From an uncultured Eubacteriales bacterium (GTDB lineage: Bacteria > Bacillota > Clostridia > Christensenellales > UBA1242), in the NCBI GenBank assembly GCA_902788085.1, contig CADAJB010000028.1, positions 1 through 11,494 of the forward strand: 11,494 nucleotides of DNA. Reading direction: 5' to 3'. Shown here one piece after another: positions 6,645 through 11,494 of the stretch. The number at the start of each line of letters is the position of its first letter. The stretch's first letter is position 1. Under the pieces are notes generated by a model. It saw nothing but the letters and a program-made list of their open reading frames with translations. It did no database searches and was not told the origin of the DNA. A program made the position numbers and the translations under genes.

Positions 6645-7739
6645 CTACCAATTAAAAGAATTATTATTGTTGTTTATAAAAAATTGCTTTCTATCTACAT
6701 AAATATTGTTTATATTTACCCCGTCATCGTTTAATACAAACGAGGTTGCACCATTTAAATTAACTATGCCATCATCATAAAAACCGCCCAACTCGCCTGT
6801 TTTGGTGGCAAAAGTTAGCCTTACGCCATTATACTTTATTGTAAAATTGTTTCCGTGCTGATGCCCACAAACAACATCTAATACACCGCGTTCTTTTGCT
6901 GCATCAAAAAAACCATTTTGCATTGTTCCACTTAATGAATAATGCACATGCACATCGTTTATTGCTTCTGCTTCGGCACTGCCACTTCTGTATTTGTTAT
7001 ACGCCACAGAATACTCGGGCAAAGGCTTGTGCATAAAACACATAGCAGAGGTATATTCTCCGCCATTTGCTTGTTTTATCCCCTCGGCATTCCATTTAAA
7101 CCACTCTATTTGCTGTGTGGTTATTACATCTTCATAACCTGCATCTAGCATATATAGTGTTTTATAAATTTTATTTTCTTCCATAATATTAATAACATAA
7201 TTGACTAAAGTACCTAAATTGGAAGGCCCACGGTTAAACAAACAATATTTGCCTTTTTCGTATAATTCGCAACAATAATTTAATTCAGCCACCGCCGAAT
7301 TTTTTGTGTTGCCATAATCGTGGTTGCCAAAAACTGGCGCATAAGGTATTTTAAAACTATCTAACCAACCAATTAAAGATTTTAAACTAATTAAGTTTTC
7401 GTTGCTCCAAGTTTGGTCGCCTGTTAGGGTTATTAAATTTGGTTTTGTTTGTTCTATTAAATAAGATATTTCTTTATATATAATTTTTCTATTAAAAAAA
7501 TCTTCTAAATCGCACATTTGCACATCGGCTAAATTTAAAATTACAAAATCTTTGTCTTTTTGTTTTTGCACTGTGGCAATATTTTGTAGTTTAAACTCGT
7601 CTTCTACTCTCCACGGATTGTTTATTTGCGTGCCTTTATAATGATGAACAAGCAAAAAATATGCACTTGCCGAAAAAACAACCACAACGCTAAAAAGTAT
7701 AGATAAAATAAATATTAAAATTATCTTGCCTTTTTTCAT
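6645..7739 (-). CDS. Membrane-anchored (signal-anchor) calcineurin-like metallophosphoesterase, 364 aa
   Basis: N-terminus MKKGKIILIFILSILFSVVVVFSASA. Metallophosphoesterase motifs appear in order: LADVQ (motif I variant), TGDQ, GNHD, MHKP, GHQHGN. Confidence 0.85.
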   Translation of the reverse strand: MKKGKIILIFILSILFSVVVVFSASAYFLLVHHYKGTQINNPWRVEDEFKLQNIATVQKQKDKDFVILNLADVQMCDLEDFFNRKIIYKEISYLIEQTKPNLITLTGDQTWSNENLISLKSLIGWLDSFKIPYAPVFGNHDYGNTKNSAVAELNYCCELYEKGKYCLFNRGPSNLGTLVNYVINIMEENKIYKTLYMLDAGYEDVITTQQIEWFKWNAEGIKQANGGEYTSAMCFMHKPLPEYSVAYNKYRSGSAEAEAINDVHVHYSLSGTMQNGFFDAAKERGVLDVVCGHQHGNNFTIKYNGVRLTFATKTGELGGFYDDGIVNLNGATSFVLNDDGVNINNIYVDRKQFFINNNNNSFNW

Positions 7740-7827
7740 AATCTACCAACTTTGGTATATTATATCATAATATTTTTAGTAAACAAATAAAAATTGAACA
7801 AAATAAATATTAGATTATTATTTATAA

Positions 7828-7857
7828 TTGACATATAAAAATTTTTTATTCTACAAT
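7828..7857 (+). promoter_or_regulatory. Sigma-A type promoter for the plus-strand membrane protein gene
   Basis: TTGACA (7828..7833), 18-nt spacer, TACAAT (7852..7857). GGTGA RBS at 7877..7881 precedes ATG 7885. Confidence 0.55.
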
Positions 7858-7884
7858 AACAAAAAACAAATATTTTGGTGAAAA

Positions 7885-8073
7885 ATGGACAAAAAACAAA
7901 AGATTTCTTTAATTTTTAGTATAATTATAGTTATATTGGCTGTTGTGGGCAGTATTTTTTGTTTTGGCGAAATTTATTTAGTATATACAAAACCACTTGA
8001 CCACGGCATAAGGTTGTTAAAATTTTTTACCGTGCAATCTAATGTTCTTGCAGGCATAACTTCGCTTTTATAA
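7885..8073 (+). CDS. N-terminal fragment (62 aa) of a polytopic membrane protein, possibly Pr6Pr-like; interrupted by a frameshift
   Basis: Promoter, RBS and ATG are all present. It has one TM helix and then KFFTVQSNVLAGITSLL before a TAA at 8071..8073. The reading frame continues naturally in frame +2. Confidence 0.7.
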   Translation: MDKKQKISLIFSIIIVILAVVGSIFCFGEIYLVYTKPLDHGIRLLKFFTVQSNVLAGITSLL

Positions 8074-8086
8074 TATTATTTACCTT

Positions 8087-8548
8087 TTGCGCGAAAACAA
8101 AACAAAAAAACCTATCCCTAAGGCTGTGCATATATTAAGATATATTGCAACTATCGACTTAGTTGTTACTTTCTTGGTGATAGCACTACTACTAGGCTTT
8201 ATTGTAGATGAAGGGTATTTCTCGTTGTATGTAAACGCAAACTTCTTCTTTCATTTTGCAATACCAGTATTAAACCTAATAAGTTTTATTGTTTTTGAAA
8301 AACCCCAAAAATTAAACTTCAAAGATACTTTTATTGGTGTTGTTCATCTAATTTTATACAGCATATTTTATATAACCGTTGTGTTACTTAACTATCACGA
8401 TGGCACAGTGCCATTAGAACACGACTGGTATGGCTTTGCACAACTTGGGCCGGGCGTAGCTTTTGTGTGCTTTGTTGTTATATTAGGCGTTGGATATTTA
8501 ATTGCGTATTTGTTATATAAATTAAAAAACAAGAATAATAAAGAATAA
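8087..8548 (+). CDS. C-terminal fragment (153 aa as listed) of the same polytopic membrane protein
   Basis: The listed start is a TTG with no RBS. This frame is open from 8060 and overlaps the end of the upstream fragment. It contains 4 to 5 further TM helices (FHFAIPVLN, DWYGF) and a basic C-terminus. Confidence 0.7.
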   Translation: MRENKTKKPIPKAVHILRYIATIDLVVTFLVIALLLGFIVDEGYFSLYVNANFFFHFAIPVLNLISFIVFEKPQKLNFKDTFIGVVHLILYSIFYITVVLLNYHDGTVPLEHDWYGFAQLGPGVAFVCFVVILGVGYLIAYLLYKLKNKNNKE

Positions 8549-8572
8549 AAAATCTCTTTCGAGATTTTTTTT
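8547..8572. terminator. Bidirectional intrinsic terminator between convergent genes
   Basis: AAAAAATCTC (8547..8556), loop TTTC, GAGATTTTTT (8561..8570). The A run on one side and T run on the other would serve both strands. Confidence 0.7.
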
Positions 8573-8584
8573 GTTTAACTTGCC

Positions 8585-9157
8585 TTAATTATTTTTATGA
8601 AGTAGCATAAAAACCTTTTTACACGAAAAATCGGTGCCTAGTTTTAACCCCAATTTATTTAAAACATTTTTCATATATTCAAATTTTTCTTGCGGTGTAA
8701 GGTTTTTCATTGTTTCGTCTTCTTCGTATTCTATAAAAATGCCTAAGTCTTTAATTATTTGCACCACAAAAGAAGTTTTGCCTTTTTCGTACACATACGA
8801 ATTATTTTCTACTTTACAATAATTATTTAACCCTGCTAGAGTAAAAACCTTTAACGAACTTTTTAGGTCGGCTAAATTTGTTTTTTCTTTTTCTTCGTAA
8901 ATTACATTGCCCTTATCGTCTAAGTGTTTACTTTTATAGCAAAGTTGTATTTGTGGTGTAGCATCTATAATTTCTCTAACCAAAAAAGAGTTGTTTATTA
9001 AGTCTAAATATTCCATATCTAAAACATTATCAATTTTTGAAAAATACCAATCATTTAACTGGTAGTTTTCAACCATTTTAAAACCTTTATTTTTTAAAGT
9101 TTCATCAATTTTTGCAAAGTTATCAAATACTTGCACTGTTATTTCTGTTTCTTTCAT
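8585..9157 (-). CDS. CYTH-like domain protein (class IV adenylyl cyclase / triphosphate tunnel metalloenzyme-like), 190 aa
   Basis: The size fits. The N-terminal strand is KETEITVQV, where ExExK is expected. Charged beta-strand pattern includes FLVREI, CYKSKH and YEEKEK. The C-terminal motif LGIFIEYEED is typical of CyaB/CYTH proteins. G-rich RBS (GGGGGG) precedes the ATG. Confidence 0.5.
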   Translation of the reverse strand: MKETEITVQVFDNFAKIDETLKNKGFKMVENYQLNDWYFSKIDNVLDMEYLDLINNSFLVREIIDATPQIQLCYKSKHLDDKGNVIYEEKEKTNLADLKSSLKVFTLAGLNNYCKVENNSYVYEKGKTSFVVQIIKDLGIFIEYEEDETMKNLTPQEKFEYMKNVLNKLGLKLGTDFSCKKVFMLLHKNN

Positions 9158-9201
9158 AGCACCGCCCCCCTTGCTAATTTTTTATAATATATTTTTATGT
9201 A

Positions 9202-9723
9202 TTAATTATTGTATGTTAAAATCTCACAATTTTTTAGTACTAATTTATTATAATTAAAATCTTTTGGTTCGCCTTCAAAAAAACATCTTGTATAAATTAT
9301 TACCCCAGAATGCGTAACAACCAAAACATTCTTTCCTTTATAGTTGTTTGTTATATCTTGCCAAAAATCAAAAATACGCTTTCTAAAATCTTTTATGTTT
9401 TCAATATTAAACCGTTTTTCGTTTTCGTCATTAAAATTAATGTCTTTGGGCACATATTTTGCCAACTTGCCTTCAAGTTCACCGTTGCTTCTTTCTATAA
9501 GTCTATCGTCAGTTATAACCGGCAACTTTGTTATAATCTGTGCCGTCTGCAATGTTCTTTTTAATGGACTAGAAAAAACGGCATCAAAATTAACATCTTT
9601 TAGTTTTTCAGCAGTTTGTTCTGCCTGCAAAACACCTTGCATATTTATCTCTATATCTGCTCTGCCCGCAATTCTTTTTTCTTTATTCCAATCGGTTTGA
9701 CCGTGTCTAACTATGTAAATCAT
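9202..9723 (-). CDS. Histidine phosphatase family protein (phosphoglycerate mutase-like branch), 173 aa
   Basis: N-terminal IYIVRHGQTDWN (RHG catalytic motif), internal SSPLKRTLQTA, distal VVTHSGVI. GGGGAAG RBS precedes the ATG. Confidence 0.88.
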   Translation of the reverse strand: MIYIVRHGQTDWNKEKRIAGRADIEINMQGVLQAEQTAEKLKDVNFDAVFSSPLKRTLQTAQIITKLPVITDDRLIERSNGELEGKLAKYVPKDINFNDENEKRFNIENIKDFRKRIFDFWQDITNNYKGKNVLVVTHSGVIIYTRCFFEGEPKDFNYNKLVLKNCEILTYNN

Positions 9724-9797
9724 TACTTCCCCTTTATATAATATAAATAAACTTGTTAGTTACACCCACTCGTCTTCACAAAATGCCATTAATTTGT

Positions 9798-9826
9798 ATT
9801 ATATCAGCATCTATTTATAGCATTAA
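9798..9826 (-). promoter_or_regulatory. Candidate promoter with an extended -10 for the histidine phosphatase and CYTH genes
   Basis: On the minus strand: TGaTATAAT (9798..9806), with a weak -35 TTAATG (9821..9826) at 17-nt spacing. Confidence 0.4.
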
Positions 9827-9854
9827 AATTTTACCTATTTTATGCTGTTAAATC

Positions 9855-10187
9855 TTACCTTAATATAACAGATTCAAACCACTGCTCTTGAAACTCTGTA
9901 AGGGCCCTTATTTGCTCGTCTGTATAATTTCTTCCTTCTTTCATAACAACAAGTTTATCGTCATTGTCATTTGTTCGATGTATTATTGCCACAACTTTGC
10001 CCGTAAATTCATTTAGCGGTTCGTGTTCGCCTAATACATAAGCGTCAAGTTCTTCACCATCACCCGAAATTGTATTTGGAATATATCCATAATTTACAGG
10101 GTAAATAAAGCCGTGTTTTGGGTGTTTAGTTCCAAGTGGTCTATCCATAACAACTTTTACTATTTTACCTAAATAATCTTTAACCAT
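9855..10187 (-). CDS. Short family-I inorganic pyrophosphatase-like protein, 111 aa
   Basis: YPVNYGYIPNTISGDGEELDAYVLG aligns by eye with the E. coli Ppa segment [23 protein letters not shown], and NDNDDKLVV aligns with the DEAGEDAKLVAV region. I place the start at ATG 10185..10187, 7 nt after a GGAGGT RBS (complement of 10195..10200). The promoter lies inside the longer ORF-track extension. Confidence 0.75.
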   Translation of the reverse strand: MVKDYLGKIVKVVMDRPLGTKHPKHGFIYPVNYGYIPNTISGDGEELDAYVLGEHEPLNEFTGKVVAIIHRTNDNDDKLVVMKEGRNYTDEQIRALTEFQEQWFESVILR

Positions 10188-10218
10188 AATACATACCTCC
10201 ATTAACATACTTTTTGTG

Positions 10219-10247
10219 AGTTTACAACAAATTATAATTAATGTCAA
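10219..10247 (-). promoter_or_regulatory. Sigma-A type promoter of the PPase-like gene
   Basis: On the minus strand: TTGACA (10242..10247), 17-nt spacer, TAAACT (10219..10224). Confidence 0.55.
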
Positions 10248-10373
10248 CCACACTAAATATTAATCTTTTAAATATTAAGTTATTATAACAAATTAATAAT
10301 ATTTGACATTATGCTTAAAAAAATATATTCTTAAATTATATGATTATTTTTTGATACAAAAAAATAATTAATA

Positions 10374-10382
10374 TGTTATACT
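10374..10382 (+). promoter_or_regulatory. Candidate extended -10 element for the plus-strand membrane protein gene
   Basis: TGtTATACT at 10374..10382, about 45 nt upstream of ATG 10428. The nearest -35-like hexamer, TTGATA (10351..10356), is at a non-optimal 20-nt spacing. Confidence 0.35.
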
Positions 10383-10427
10383 TTAAAAGATAAAATAAAA
10401 GGTTATATCCCCCAAAGGAGATATCGC

Positions 10428-11494
10428 ATGAACAAAAAAGAATTATAGTTTTTTCAATTTTGGCACTACTTGCTGTTGTTATGATTGTGATAAGTTTGTT
10501 TTTGCCAGCAGTTCATTTAGTTGCAAAAGACATTGATCAAACTATTGTGTATAACAAAACAATAAGTCTTTTAGATTATTTTAAAGATGCCCCATTTTTT
10601 AACACTGCCGCAAGTGAAGTTTATTTCCATTCTTCAGGACCAGTTTGGATGGCAACTGGTTCACTTATGCTTTTGGTTTTGCCAGCACTTCTTGGAATAA
10701 TTATGTTTGTTTTGTGTGTTTTAGAAATTTGTTTTTACAGGGCAAACAATATGAACATTAAAAACAATACCCTTGCAAAAAAGTTTTCAATTTTTGCTGG
10801 TTTAACCACCTTTGTTTGTTCTGCATTTGCTATTATATCATTTGCAACAACAACTATGATGGCAAATGGTTATATGGAATTTGGCTTAACATTTGGTCCG
10901 TTTGGTTTGGCAGTGGTTGGCCTGATTTCAACAATTTTGGCAGGTCTTTCGGGCAATCGTGAAAAAGAGCAACCAACAAACAAAGTAAAAAACAGTGTTG
11001 GCTTTGCACTAGTTGCCATTTTCACCTTAGTATGTGCCGCAATTCCTTTTTTGCCTTTTTATACGGAAAACTTCTTTGACCCAAGTGTAATAACAATGTG
11101 GCAGGCCGCAGGCAAGGCGGGCGAACTCCAAACTGATGCAAATATTACAAATATGCTTGGGGATTATCCTTTCGGGTTTGCGCAATGGACAATTATTATT
11201 CTTCTGTTGGTATGTGCTTTGATTTTTGTTTATGCACTGGTTGGGTTTATTCGTGCTCTTTCTGCGAAAACAACAAATTGGCTTTCGTTACGAGTAAAAA
11301 GATGGACGATGACCCTTGCTGTCATTTTTAGCGTTTTATTGTTCCTTGTGTTGTGTCAGATTGGCGTAATGTCCAGCACCTTAGTTATTGTTGATGGTGT
11401 TAACAAAATTTTTATGCTGGCTGCAATTAGTAGCGTTTATGTTGTGCTTCCATTTATTCCATATATATTATCAACCACAATATCTGTTAACAAA
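10428..11494 (+). CDS. Large polytopic membrane protein, at least 350 codons, 3'-partial (runs off the window); its ATG and RBS are out of frame with the body
   Basis: This ORF is not in the supplied track. I translated it by hand: the frame containing 10439 is open without a stop from 10394 to 11494. It encodes about 8 hydrophobic helices (..IIVFSILALLAVVMIVISLFLP.. through ..VYVVLPFIPYILSTTISVNK). AAAGGAGA RBS at 10414..10421 precedes ATG 10428, but that frame reads MNKKEL and stops at TAG 10446. Confidence 0.8.

Noticed and set aside
4366-9700. Other short plus-strand ORFs in the track (4366..4569, 5627..5839, 6343..6597, 6942..7148, 8634..8822, 9310..9564, 9344..9700)
   Set aside because: All are shadow ORFs embedded antisense in longer motif-supported minus-strand genes in AT-rich DNA. 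None has a convincing RBS or a recognisable protein motif.
10431-10442. Programmed -1 ribosomal frameshift on the A-rich site (dnaX-like A AAA AAG)
   Set aside because: In the ATG frame the run is phased AAC AAA AAA GAA, not X XXY YYZ. The site is only 2 to 4 codons from the start, and there is no obvious downstream stimulatory structure. An indel or phase variation is more parsimonious.
7885-10448. Alternative genetic code or stop-codon readthrough as the explanation for the two interrupted membrane protein genes
   Set aside because: Reading through TAA 8071 or TAG 10446 in the original frame meets further stops within about 15 codons. Trp is encoded by TGG, and TGA, TAA and TAG each terminate well-supported genes here. 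Only a frame change restores the proteins.
1-11494. CRISPR arrays, IS elements or terminal inverted repeats, rRNA, toxin-antitoxin pairs, known defence-system genes
   Set aside because: Scanning by eye found no regularly spaced direct repeats, no transposase- or integrase-like ORFs and no small paired ORFs. The only low-complexity DNA is the K/P-coding tail region at about 2700..2940.

Overview
Low-GC bacterial chromosomal window that looks like Bacillota or a Mollicutes relative, judged from sigma-A promoters, GGAGG-type RBSs and AT-rich spacers. It uses the standard genetic code: Trp is TGG throughout metG, and TGA, TAA and TAG all end good ORFs. No searches could be run, so every family call rests on motifs read by eye. 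Minus-strand content, left to right: a 326-aa orphan cytoplasmic protein; tRNA-Ser(GGA); a three-gene operon (197-aa secreted protein, ER/archaeal-type SipW-like signal peptidase, 415-aa Cys-rich secreted protein); methionyl-tRNA synthetase; a membrane-anchored metallophosphoesterase; a CYTH-like protein; a histidine phosphatase; and a short inorganic-pyrophosphatase-like protein. Plus-strand content: a polytopic membrane protein split in two by a frameshift, and a large polytopic membrane protein running off the 3' end. The latter is missing from the supplied ORF track and is out of frame with its own ATG and RBS. The most interesting locus is 1310..4454. It has tapA-sipW-tasA-like synteny, and both flanking proteins share a W-[VL]-F-N motif after the signal-peptide helix, resembling the SipW-cognate TasA signal. 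However, I do not recognise the mature domains, and the peptidase has an unusual architecture (extra TM, insertions, long Pro/Lys tail). I saw no CRISPR array, IS element, integrase or rRNA.
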